Both the position numbers and the translations under genes were made by a program. Positions 44,513-55,429 of a DNA stretch of 64,000 nt are shown here, piece after piece; the stretch's first letter is position 1, and each line of letters begins with the position of its first letter. Source of the stretch: Vulcanimicrobiota bacterium (GTDB taxonomy: Bacteria > Vulcanimicrobiota > Vulcanimicrobiia > Eremiobacterales > Eremiobacteraceae). The notes under the pieces are model-generated. The model made no database searches, was not told the DNA's origin, and saw only the letters and a list, made by a program, of their open reading frames with translations. The DNA lies in the NCBI GenBank assembly GCA_963805945.1, contig CAWDVP010000002.1, forward strand, positions 416,001 to 480,000, read 5' to 3'.

Positions 44513-45742
44513 CTAGCGCTCTTCGAGCAGCAACAGGGCGAGACCGACGCCGCCCATTGCGATGTTCGGGAACCAGGCGGCGAACACCGGCGGCATCGCG
44601 CCGCTCTTGCCGAGCGCGTTGGTCGCCGCCATCAGCATCCAATACGCCAGCAGGATGATCACCGCGAAGATCGCCGCGATGCCGCGGCCGCGTCTGCCGA
44701 AACGGATGCCCATCGGCAGCGAGATGAGCACGCCGATGAGACACGCCGCCGGCATCGCGTACTTCTGCTGCAGCGACATCTCGAGCTGGGTCACGTCTTG
44801 GCCGCCGGTCTTGAGGTTCTGGATCTGCATCCGCAGCTCGCGGGCGTTCGTCTCGAAGGGGCTTTGCGGCGAATACAGCAGGCTGGTGTCGCCGAGCGGG
44901 AACTCCAGCCGGTCGAAATGCTTCACCTGCGTCACCGTGCCCTGATAGCCGGTGGTGGTGACGACGCCGTCGTAGAGCGCGAGCTTGCCGTTGAGCTGGC
45001 GGCCGCTGCGCGCGGTGAGCGTCTCGGGCCAGTAGCCGGCGCCGATGTTGAACACCTGCACGTTGTGCATCATGCCGGTGCCGGAGTCGACCGACTGGAT
45101 GTAGATGACGTGCTGCCCGTCGACCGTGCGGAAGAACTGGTACGGCTGGATGATCGCCTGCGTCGAATGGAAGGCGATCTGGCGGAACAGCTCCACCGAC
45201 TTCGTCTGCGCGTGCGGCGCGATCTGCTCGTTGATGCCGAACGCGACGAGCGTCATGAGCACGCCGAGGACGTAGCACGGCAGCGCGATCCGCTGCAGGC
45301 TGATGCCGCTCGTGCGCATCGCGGCGATCTCGTTGTCACCCGCGAGGCGGCCGATGCCGAGCAGCACGCCGAACAGGCATGAGAACGGCAGGATCAGGTA
45401 CATGAGCGCCGGCAGCTGGAGCACGAGATAGCGCGCGATCAGCACGACGGGCACGCCCTTGTTGATCACGTATTCGGCGGCGAGGAAGAGCATGTTGATC
45501 AGCATGAACAAGGTGAAGGCGGCGATCGCGAAGCCGAACGGCGCCGCGAGCTCGCTGAAGAGGTAGCGGTCGAGGATCGTCAGCTTGAAGAAGCTCGGGA
45601 GGCCGCGCTTGGGCTGCGGCTCCTGCTCGCCGTCTCCCGGGATCCACCGGAAGTCCTCGGGCGACTCCGCCGGAGGTTCGATCGAGGGGACACCGAGGGT
45701 GGTGGAACGGTGCAGCTGCCGGCCGAACGCGCCGAACATCAT
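44513..45742 (-). CDS. LptF/LptG family permease
   Basis: ILDRYLFSEL, GRLAGDNEIAAMRTSGIS, KYAMPAAC, AAWFPN. Confidence 0.92.
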   Translation of the reverse strand: MMFGAFGRQLHRSTTLGVPSIEPPAESPEDFRWIPGDGEQEPQPKRGLPSFFKLTILDRYLFSELAAPFGFAIAAFTLFMLINMLFLAAEYVINKGVPVVLIARYLVLQLPALMYLILPFSCLFGVLLGIGRLAGDNEIAAMRTSGISLQRIALPCYVLGVLMTLVAFGINEQIAPHAQTKSVELFRQIAFHSTQAIIQPYQFFRTVDGQHVIYIQSVDSGTGMMHNVQVFNIGAGYWPETLTARSGRQLNGKLALYDGVVTTTGYQGTVTQVKHFDRLEFPLGDTSLLYSPQSPFETNARELRMQIQNLKTGGQDVTQLEMSLQQKYAMPAACLIGVLISLPMGIRFGRRGRGIAAIFAVIILLAYWMLMAATNALGKSGAMPPVFAAWFPNIAMGGVGLALLLLEER

Positions 45743-45746
45743 CCGC

Positions 45747-46259
45747 CTACTTGTGCGCTACGGGCGCGTGGTACAGCGACAGCACGCTGTTGACGTACGC
45801 GGCGGTCTCGGCGTACGGCGGGATGCCCTTGTAACGCGCGACGGCTCCCGAACCGGCGTTGTACGCCGCGAGCGCGAGTGAGACGTCGCCGTGGTACTCG
45901 CGCAGCAGATCGCTCAGATGTTTGGCGCCGCCCGCCACGTTCTGCTGTGGATCCCACGGGTCGAGCACGCTGTAGGAGCGTGCGGTCGCCGGCATGAGCT
46001 GCATGAGCCCCATCGCGCCGGCGCTCGAGACGGCCGACGGATCGCCGGCGGACTCGACGCGGATGACGGCTGTGACGAGCCGCGGATCAACGTGATTGGC
46101 TTTGGATTGCGCGGCGACGATGGTGTCGAGCTGGCGCTGCGGCATCGAATGAGGACCCTCGCCAAAGGGAAGGAAGCCGCCGCCGCTGCAGCCCGCAAGG
46201 ACCGCGGCGAGGCTGACGAGCGCCGTGCGCCAGAATGCCCCTGAAGCGGCATCCGCCAA
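45747..46259 (-). CDS. Lytic transglycosylase (SLT) lipoprotein
   Basis: LAGC lipobox; VES, AVSSAGAMGLMQLMP, ALAAYNAG, ET..YV. Confidence 0.93.
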   Translation of the reverse strand: MADAASGAFWRTALVSLAAVLAGCSGGGFLPFGEGPHSMPQRQLDTIVAAQSKANHVDPRLVTAVIRVESAGDPSAVSSAGAMGLMQLMPATARSYSVLDPWDPQQNVAGGAKHLSDLLREYHGDVSLALAAYNAGSGAVARYKGIPPYAETAAYVNSVLSLYHAPVAHK

Positions 46260-46362
46260 GACTCATGAGCTCCCTTCGTCGTTCTCTGGCCCTGGTTTTC
46301 CACGTCCCGCGGCTCTCTACATCTATAGTATCGGCCGCAGTGCGGGTGCTCACGAAGGTCTC

Positions 46363-46388
46363 ATGGAGCGGTCGAATTCATTCGACCG
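46363..46388 (+). repeat. REP element, family B
   Basis: ATGGAG + CGGTCGAA-TTCA-TTCGACCG. Confidence 0.78.
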
Positions 46389-46392
46389 ACGC

Positions 46393-46692
46393 TTACGCCT
46401 GCGTCCGCCGCCCCGCGATCGTCTTGTAGCAGTCCTGGCAATAGACCGGCTTGTCCGGCCGGGGCGCGAACGGCACTTGCGTCGCCACGCCGCACTGCGA
46501 GCAGATCGCGTCGTGCATCGTGCGCTCGCCGGAAGCGCCGGAGCGGTCGCGCTTGCGCGCTTGGCGGCAGGCCGGGCAACGGGTCGGCTCGTGCTCGAAG
46601 CCTCGTTGTGCGAAGAACTCTTGCTCGCCGACGGTGAACGCGAATTCGGCGCCGCAGTCGCGGCATGTCAGCGTGCGGTCTTGTAACGCCAC
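46393..46692 (-). CDS. Zinc-ribbon / CxxC-x17-CxxC domain protein
   Basis: LTCRDCG..F.FT.GEQEFF..RG...P.RCPACR; C.QCG....VPF.P....PVYC.DC; GAGG RBS before GTG. Confidence 0.9.
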   Translation of the reverse strand: MALQDRTLTCRDCGAEFAFTVGEQEFFAQRGFEHEPTRCPACRQARKRDRSGASGERTMHDAICSQCGVATQVPFAPRPDKPVYCQDCYKTIAGRRTQA

Positions 46693-46842
46693 TATACGCC
46701 TCGAATTCCACCATCTGGAAATACTAATGGCGCCCGAGACCATGGTGGAGATGGTCGCGCACGCGCCCCTACGCTAGCACAGGTCGCGACACAAAATCAA
46801 CCTTGCAGGCCATGGGGAAAGGCCGCGCGTAAGTCAACGACT

Positions 46843-48522
46843 ATGCGTCTTCACACATTCTCCCTCAGCGCGGCTGCCGCGCTCGCCCTGCTGTCTGCCG
46901 CACCGGCCCTCGCCGCCCCGCCGGCGGTCGGCTCGCTCGCGCCGGACTTCTCGCTTGCCACCACGACCGGCAAGGCGGTCAAGCTCTCCAGCCTGCGCGG
47001 CCACGTCGTCGTGGTGAATTTCTTCGCCACCTGGTGCCCGCCGTGCCGGGCGGAGACGCCCGATCTCATCAGCGCATCCGGGGCGTTCGCGCCGCGCGAC
47101 GTCACCTTCGTGGGCGTCGACGTCAAAGAATCGGCCCAGCTCGTCTCCGAGTTCGCCTCCGCCAAGGGCATCGGGTACACGCTCGTGCTCGACACTGACG
47201 GCAAAGTGAACGACGCGTACGACGTGCGCGCGATACCGACGACCTATGTGGTCGGCCGCGACGGCCGCATCCAATACCGCCAGGTCGACCAGCTGTCCAA
47301 CGCCGTGCTGGCAAGCGCGCTCAACTCCGTGCTCGCGGGCCGGACGCCGAACGAGTCCGCTCTCGCGCTCAAATTCGATGCCATCTCCGGCGACGCCACC
47401 GCTCAGGTCAACGCCCTGCTCGCCCAAGCCCGCACCGCGCAAGCCCGCCGCGACAAGGCGGCAGCGCTTGCGGCTGCAAGTCATGCCATCGACGCCGGCG
47501 TCGCCGCGAACAAGAAGCTTGACGATCTGCAGAGCGCCGACGATCAGGCGTCGATCAACTACTTCTCGAGCACGCGCGAGCGCGATACGCTCGGCGCGGT
47601 GCTCGCATCCGCCTATGGCCTGCGCGCGACGCTCGCGTCTAACCCGAAGACGCGCGACGCCGATCTCGAGCAAGCCGCGCTGCTGCTCGGCCAGAAGGCT
47701 GAGGACGAAGAGCGTTTTGCAGAAGCGATGGGCTACTTCAAGCAGGCGGCGCAGCTCGCGCCCAAGGACACCAAGGCGCTCGACGGCGAGTACCTCGCCG
47801 CGTACGAACTGCGAGATTATGCGACCGCGCTCGCCATCGCGCAGGCGGAGGCGCGCATCGCGCCCACCGACCCGGAGAGCTGGCTGACGCTGGCGTCGTC
47901 GTACAACTCGCTCAAGCAGTACCCCAGCGCGACCAGGGCGGAGCAGAACGCGCTGATCCTCGCCGGCGTCGATTACGGCTTGCATCCATCGAAGAAGCGC
48001 GACTCGTATGAAGTCGGCCGCGTGTATCTCAAGATGGGGCGCACCACCATTCTGGCCGGCGATGCGACCACCGCCGGTGCGTATCTGGCCAACGCCTCGA
48101 AGTACGCGCCGGGCACCATCGTCGCGCAGCAGGCGGACGAGCAGCTCGCCGCGCTCTCGCCGCAGCCGGTGTACGTCGCGGTATCGGGCGCCAGCGCGGT
48201 GTCGGCCCAGGCCTCGCAGCCGGCGAAGCTATGGGTGACGGTGCGCAATCCGGCCGCGCAGGAGCGGCTGGTGCATCTCTCGGCGGTCAACGTGCCCAAG
48301 AAGTGGGTCCTCTCGTTCTGCTACGATAAGGTCTGCGATCCGTACAAGAGCGACGTGACGATCGGTGCGAACGCGACCCGCCGCGTCGAGCTCCAGGTCG
48401 TGCCGCTCTCGCCGACCAAGGGCGCGTGGGGCATGACGCTGGCGCCGACCGGGGTCGATCAGATGGACGTCAACGTGGACGCAAAGACGGCGAAGACCAG
48501 CATCACGGTGCTCGCCTCGTAA
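46843..48522 (+). CDS. Exported TlpA-like thiol-disulfide oxidoreductase with TPR region and C-terminal beta domain
   Basis: Signal peptide; APDF.L, NFFATWCPPC, IPTT; TPR-like helices; FCYDKVC in C-terminal domain. Confidence 0.85.
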   Translation: MRLHTFSLSAAAALALLSAAPALAAPPAVGSLAPDFSLATTTGKAVKLSSLRGHVVVVNFFATWCPPCRAETPDLISASGAFAPRDVTFVGVDVKESAQLVSEFASAKGIGYTLVLDTDGKVNDAYDVRAIPTTYVVGRDGRIQYRQVDQLSNAVLASALNSVLAGRTPNESALALKFDAISGDATAQVNALLAQARTAQARRDKAAALAAASHAIDAGVAANKKLDDLQSADDQASINYFSSTRERDTLGAVLASAYGLRATLASNPKTRDADLEQAALLLGQKAEDEERFAEAMGYFKQAAQLAPKDTKALDGEYLAAYELRDYATALAIAQAEARIAPTDPESWLTLASSYNSLKQYPSATRAEQNALILAGVDYGLHPSKKRDSYEVGRVYLKMGRTTILAGDATTAGAYLANASKYAPGTIVAQQADEQLAALSPQPVYVAVSGASAVSAQASQPAKLWVTVRNPAAQERLVHLSAVNVPKKWVLSFCYDKVCDPYKSDVTIGANATRRVELQVVPLSPTKGAWGMTLAPTGVDQMDVNVDAKTAKTSITVLAS

Positions 48523-48555
48523 TCACTCCGCCGCCTCGTAATCACCTCGCCGCCG

Positions 48556-48628
48556 ATGTAGGGGCCGACCTTTAGGTCGGCCCTTCTTTCAAGGCCCTCA
48601 GGTGCGACCTGAAGGTCGCACCCTACAT
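48556..48628. repeat. Inverted REP doublet (REPIN-like), family A
   Basis: ATGTAG-GGGCCGACC-TTTA-GGTCGGCCC (48556-48583) and the inverted copy GGTGCGACC-TGAA-GGTCGCACC-CTACAT (48601-48628). Confidence 0.85.
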
Positions 48629-48685
48629 TAAGGCGTTGGTCCCAGCCCTCAAACAGGTGTGTCCCACTAGACAAACTACCGATAA

Positions 48686-48729
48686 GTGGAGTATAGTGGG
48701 GCAAAGTGGCTCACTGTGGGGCTTGGTGC
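48686..48729 (+). promoter_or_regulatory. MraZ-binding direct repeats upstream of the dcw operon
   Basis: GTGG at 48686, 48696, 48706, 48716 and GTGC at 48726, exact 10-bp period. Confidence 0.85.
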
Positions 48730-48736
48730 CTCTATT

Positions 48737-49176
48737 ATGAGTTCTCTCCCGAAATTCACGGGACAATTCGAACATTCCCTCGACGAGAAAGGTCGGCTGA
48801 CCATTCCCGCCCGCTTCCGCGCGCGTCTCGGCGACCACTTCGTCCTGACCATCGCTCCGCCCGAGCCCTGCCTTGCGATGTACCCGGACTCGGCCTGGTC
48901 CGAGTTCTGCGCCAAGCTCGAAGCCGCCCCGCGCAAGGATGCGCAGTACCGCAGCTTCGTGCGCCATCTCTTCGCGCACACCGAAGAGGTCACGCTGGAC
49001 GCAGGGACGGTTGCTCATCCCGCCCGCGCTGCGCGAGTCACGCACATCTGGAACGCGACGCGGTGCTCGTCGGCGCGCTCACGCGGATCGAACTATGGTC
49101 GTCGGCGGCCTGGCTCAAGGCGAGCGCCGCGCCGGACCACATGGCCGACCTGATGACCGAACTTGGACTCTACTAG
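48737..49176 (+). CDS. mraZ: MraZ transcriptional regulator (frameshifted)
   Basis: F.GQFEHSLDEKGRLTIPARFR; second repeat D.QGRLLIP..LR, G...RIELW. Confidence 0.92.
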
Positions 49177-50123
49177 CCATGCGCCGGTCATGCTCGCGGA
49201 GATCATCGACGCGCTCGCTCCTGCAGCAGTGCAAAGACGGTTTCTGCAGCTGGGCAAAGTGCGGCTCCGCTCTTCGTCGACGCACGTTCGGCGCAGGCGG
49301 ACACACGCCGCGATCCTCGACTGCATCCCCCGCAGCCGCGTCATCGCGATCGACGCGGACCCGGAAGCCTATGCTCGGGCGCGTGCGCTGCGCGATGCCT
49401 ATCCCGGTCGCCTCACGCCCGTGCACGCCAATTTCTCCAGACTCGCCGATGCGCTGGAGAGCTCGCCATGCGCGACGTAGACGGCATCATGTACGACCTC
49501 GGCATGTCGTCGCTGCAGCTGGCCGACGCCGCTCGCGGCTTCGCCTTTTCCGGCACGGGCGAGCTCGACATGCGCCTCGACCCGACTTCGGACGCGGCGA
49601 GCGCCGCGCAGCTGCTCGCCACCGCGCGCGAGGGGGAGACGCGGACATCATCTGCGAATTCGGCGACGAGCGCCACGCGCGGCGCATCGCGCGTCAGATC
49701 GTCAAACGGCGCGAGCGCTCGCCGCTGCGGACCACCTCGGATCTCGTCGCGGCGGTGCTCTCGCGCCCAACGGCAAGCCGCGCGCAAGCGCCGCTCGGCG
49801 ATCCATCCGGCGACGCGCACCTTCCTGGCGCTGCGCATGGCGGTCAATTCGCGATCTCGCGCAGCCTCGAGCACAGCCTCGCAGACGCGGTGCGCTGCGT
49901 CCGGCCCGGCGGCCGCATCGTCGGTCATCAGTTTCCATTCCGGCGAGGATCGCGTCGTGAAGCATCAGTTCGCCGCATGGCGGCGCGCCGGCGAAGCCGA
50001 GGTGCTGACCCGCAAGCCCGTCTCGCCGACGCAGACCGAGGTCGCGGCCAACCTGCGCGCCCGCAGCGCCAAGCTGCGCGGTGGCGGAGCGCATCGCAGC
50101 GCCGCTGCAGGGGAGCGAACTGA
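49163..50123 (+). CDS. rsmH: 16S rRNA m4C1402 methyltransferase (frameshifted)
   Basis: HAPVMLAE, FGAGGH, DLGMSSLQL, LDMR, HPATRTF.ALRMAVN, ISFHSGEDR.VK, RARSAKLR. Confidence 0.9.
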
Positions 50124-50124
50124 C

Positions 50125-50584
50125 ATGGCCGCCGCGCGGCATCCAAATAAGATAGAAACGACAGGTCGCCTCCGCCGGTGCCGGCGGGAGCCGCGCGCCG
50201 CGGCGCACCGGCCGCGTGGTGCGCCGCACCAACGCGCAGACCGCCCGGCTCATCGCATCGATCCGGCGCCGTCATCATGGTGCTGGCGTATGTCGGCCTG
50301 ATCGCCGGGCTCGCGCAGCAGACCTATCGCCTCGACGCCGACCAGACGCAGCAAGCATCGCTCATCCTCACCAACAACGCCCTGCATCAGCCATCGCGGC
50401 GCTGCAGTCGGTGGCGCGGCTCGAAGCCGCGGCCAAGGCGCTGCACATGACCGAGCGCGCACATCGCCGTCATCGTCTTGCCGGCGACAAGCGCCAAGCC
50501 GACGACCACGGCGCTCGGCGCCAGGCTCGCGAGGTGAAACGCTTGTTGTTCGCGCCGTTGCGCGCGCAGCGGCGACGGCCGTGA
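50125..50584 (+). CDS. ftsL: FtsL-like cell division protein (frameshifted)
   Basis: Position between rsmH and ftsI; single TM, then coiled-coil fragment LQSVARLEAAAKALHM. Confidence 0.55.
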
Positions 50585-52408
50585 AAGACAAAGAGCGCAG
50601 CCGGCTGCGCGTCCGCGCCTTCCCATCTTCTGGGCGTTCGTCTTCGTGAGCGGCTTGCTCGGCCGCCCGGCTCTACATCGTCCAGATGCGCGACGGCAAG
50701 CCTCGCCGCGCTCGCCGTCGAGCAGCAGCAAGCGACCTTTCCGATGAGCGGCCGGCGCGGCACATCGTCGACCGCTTCGGCATGGTCTTCGCGAGCACGT
50801 CGCCTCCGTGCAGGTGTTCGCGCAGCCGCCCGACGTGCGCCGACGCTCACGCCGGACGCGCTTGCGCTCGCGCCGCTGCTCGGCCGGCCGGCGCCGCTGC
50901 TGGAACGTCGAGCTGAGCGAGAAGACCACCTTCGTGTTCCTCGATCGCAAGCGTCCGCAGGCGATCGCCAAGGCCATCGATCGCCTGAAGCCTCACCGGC
51001 GTCGGCACGCGCGAAGAGCCGACTGGGCTGCGCGTGCGACCGCAGTGCCGCATCGGATCGACAGTCATGGGATTCACGGGCATCGACAATCAAGGGCTCG
51101 CCGGCATCGAGTATCAGTTCAACGATGTGCTCGGCGGGACGGCCGGGGACGCGTCACGAGGAGACGGACGCGGCCGGCGACCGATGCCGTTCGGCCGCGA
51201 GTCGTGCGGGCGGCCGCACGCCGGCACGACCGTCGTGCTGACCATCGACCGCACGCTGCAGTACGCGGCCGAAGAGATACTGAGCGCAAGACGGTGCGCG
51301 CTACCACGCGCGCGACGGCGCGAGCCGATCGTCATGCGCGCTAGCACGGGCGAGATATTGGCGCTCGCCAATTACCCCGAACTTCGATCCGAGCCGATTC
51401 GCCGCGTCGCCGGCGGACGCGTGGAAGAACCGCGCGATCACCGATCCGTACGAGCCCGGCTCCACGTTCAAGCTCATCACCGCCACCGCGGCGCTCGACT
51501 CGGGCAAAGTCACGCTCGTCGACACGTTCGCCGCGCAAGTCAACGAGATCGACGTCGGCGGCGCGTCATCCACAACGCCGATGACGGCCTCATGGCGTCG
51601 GGCCACGAGCGCGAGACGCTCGACTGACATCATCACCTATCTCGCACAACGTCGGCGCGGCGCAAGTCGCGCTGCGCGTCGGGCAAGCAGACGATGTGCG
51701 ACTACATCAATCGCTTCGGTCTCGACGAGCCGACGCGGCGTCGACCTGCCGGGCGAGAGCGCCGGCATCGTCGGAACTCGCCGGACGAATGGTGGGGGTC
51801 GCGCTCGGCCACGATCGGCGTTCGGCCAAGGCGTCTCGGTGACCGCGCTCGCGATGGCGCGCGCGTACGCCGACGATCGCCAACGGCGGCACGCTCATGC
51901 GGCCGCTCATCGTCCGCGAGCTGCGCGACGCCGGACGGCACATCATCAGACAATATCCGACCCGCAAGCCGGTGCGCCGCGTCATGTCGCCGCAGACCGC
52001 GGCGGCATTGCTCACCATCCTGCGCGACGTCGTCAAAGCGCGGCACGGGCACGAACGCGTCGCCATCCCGGGCTATGCGATCGCCGGCAAGACAGGCACG
52101 GCGCAGATGGTGATCGGCGGCGGCTACGGCCGGGCGCGTACACGCGTCGTTCATCGGCATCGTGCCCGCCGACAAGCCGCAATACGTCATCCTGGTGAAC
52201 GATCGAGCGGCCGCAGCGGCGCCTACTACGGAGGCATCGTCGCCGCGCCGGCCTTCCGCGAGCTGGCCCGGCGCGTGCTGTGGCGCGAGGGCGTCCTGCC
52301 GCAGCACAGCGCGCCGGCGGTCGAAGTCGTCGGGGGCGACCGACGGCACCTGCTCCGGCTCGCGGGACGACGCGGGAGCCGAGACGAAGCGATGAGAAAA
52401 CGGCTGTG

Positions 52409-52409
<1 letters not shown>
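50581..52409 (+). CDS. ftsI: Class B penicillin-binding protein FtsI-like (heavily frameshifted)
   Basis: [40 protein letters not shown] (SxxK), [12 protein letters not shown]. Confidence 0.88.
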
Positions 52410-53912
<1,503 letters not shown>

Positions 53913-53916
<4 letters not shown>

Positions 53917-55310
53917 GCCGCCTGACGCTCGGACACTTCCTCAGCGCGTCGGGCGGCGGCTGGTGCGCGACGACGCCGCGACGGCGACGCCGACTTCTCG
54001 CCGAGCACGGACTCGCGCAGCCTGCGACGCCGGCGATGCGTTCGTCGCGCTGCGCGGGCCGAACTTCGACGGGCATGACTTCGTCCGCGCCGCGCTCCCG
54101 CGGGCGCCGGCGCGCTCGTGGTCGAGAAGCTCGACATGGTGCCGGCCGGTTGCGCCGTGCCGGTCGTCGTCGTCGCAGATACGAAGGAAGCGTATCTGGC
54201 GGGGCCGCAGCCGCGCGACGCCTCGCGACCCGCACGCACGTGGTCGCGGTCACCGGCAGCAACGGCAAGACGACGACGAAGGCGATGGCGGCTGCAGCTC
54301 ATCGGCAAGTTCCGCCGCGTCGTGGTCGGCACGCCGCAGAACGAGAACAACGAGCTCGGCGTGGCCAAGCTGTGCTACGCGTCTGGGCGACGATTCCGTC
54401 GAGGTCGCGATCGTCGAGTTCGGCGCGCGTCACCCGGGCGAGATCGAGGAGCTGGTCGCGATCGCCGCACCGGATGTCGGCATGCTTGACAACATCGGCG
54501 AGGCGCATCTCGAGTACTTCACCGACCGCCGAGCTCGCGCGCACGAAGTTCGCGCTGTTCGAGCAGGGCGCGCGCGCCGTCTGCAACGCCGCCGACGAAT
54601 GGACGCGCATGCTCGCGGCGAGGCCGGCATCGACGCGCGCGCGCTGTGGGCCGGCTGTGCGGCGATGCGGACGTCCCCGGGCTCGTGATCGAAGCGGGTG
54701 AGCCGAACGGCGGCACGGGTCGCGCGATCTCGCTCGGCGCCTCGCATGCGTTTGCCGCCTGGCATCTGCTGGGCGAACACCATCTGCGCGACGCGCTGCT
54801 CGCCGCCGGCGCGGCGCTGCAATGCGGGCTGAATTCGATGAGGCCATTGACGGTTTCGGCGACCTGCATCTGCCGCCAGGGCGCTTCGAATCGCATGCGG
54901 CGCCGGGCGGCGCCACGATCGTCTACGACGCGTACAACGCGAGCCCCACATCCATGCGCCATTCCTTGCTGCGCACTTCGCCGCGATTCCCGCGCGCCGC
55001 CGCATCGCGGTGCTCGGGCAGCATGGCAGAGCTCGGCGAAGGCGCGGCAGCCGCGCACAAAGCGACCGGTGCGGAGCGGCGCAGGCCGGAATCGACGAGC
55101 TGTACTGCGGCGGCGAGCGTGCACAGGCGCTGGCGGCCGGCGCGATCGCGCGCGGGCATGTCCGCGCACGCGGTCCTCACCTATCTGACGAATGAGGAGA
55201 TCGCCGCAACGCTGCGCGCGCGCTTGCGCGAAGGCGACGCGTGCTGCTCAAAGGCTCGCGCGTGCAGCGATGGAGGAGATCCTGGAGGCGTGCTCATCGA
55301 GTGGCCTATG
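53913..55310 (+). CDS. murF: UDP-MurNAc-pentapeptide synthetase (frameshifted; 3' end 55300-55377)
   Basis: LRGPNFDGHDF, AVTGSNGKTTTK, NENNELG, GARHPGEI, NIGEAH, DAYNASP.SM, LG.M.ELG, LKGSR. Confidence 0.9.
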
Positions 55311-55419
55311 GAGCGGCCTATGGAGCGGTCGACTTCAGTCGACCGTCCGAATGGTGACGCCGCAGACGGTCGAATAGATTCGACCGCTGCATCTCATCGA
55401 ATACATTCGACCGCTACAT
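55308..55419. repeat. Cluster of family-B REPs inside the dcw operon
   Basis: ATGGAG-CGGTCGAC-TTCA-GTCGACCG (55320-55345), inverted copies at 55367-55392 and 55397-55419, and a duplicated head at 55308. Confidence 0.8.
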
Positions 55420-55429
55420 CGTTCACGGT

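Noticed and set aside
55308..55419. Mini CRISPR array
   Set aside because: Units are in mixed orientation with irregular short spacing, recur singly elsewhere, and no cas genes are present; they fit REPs.
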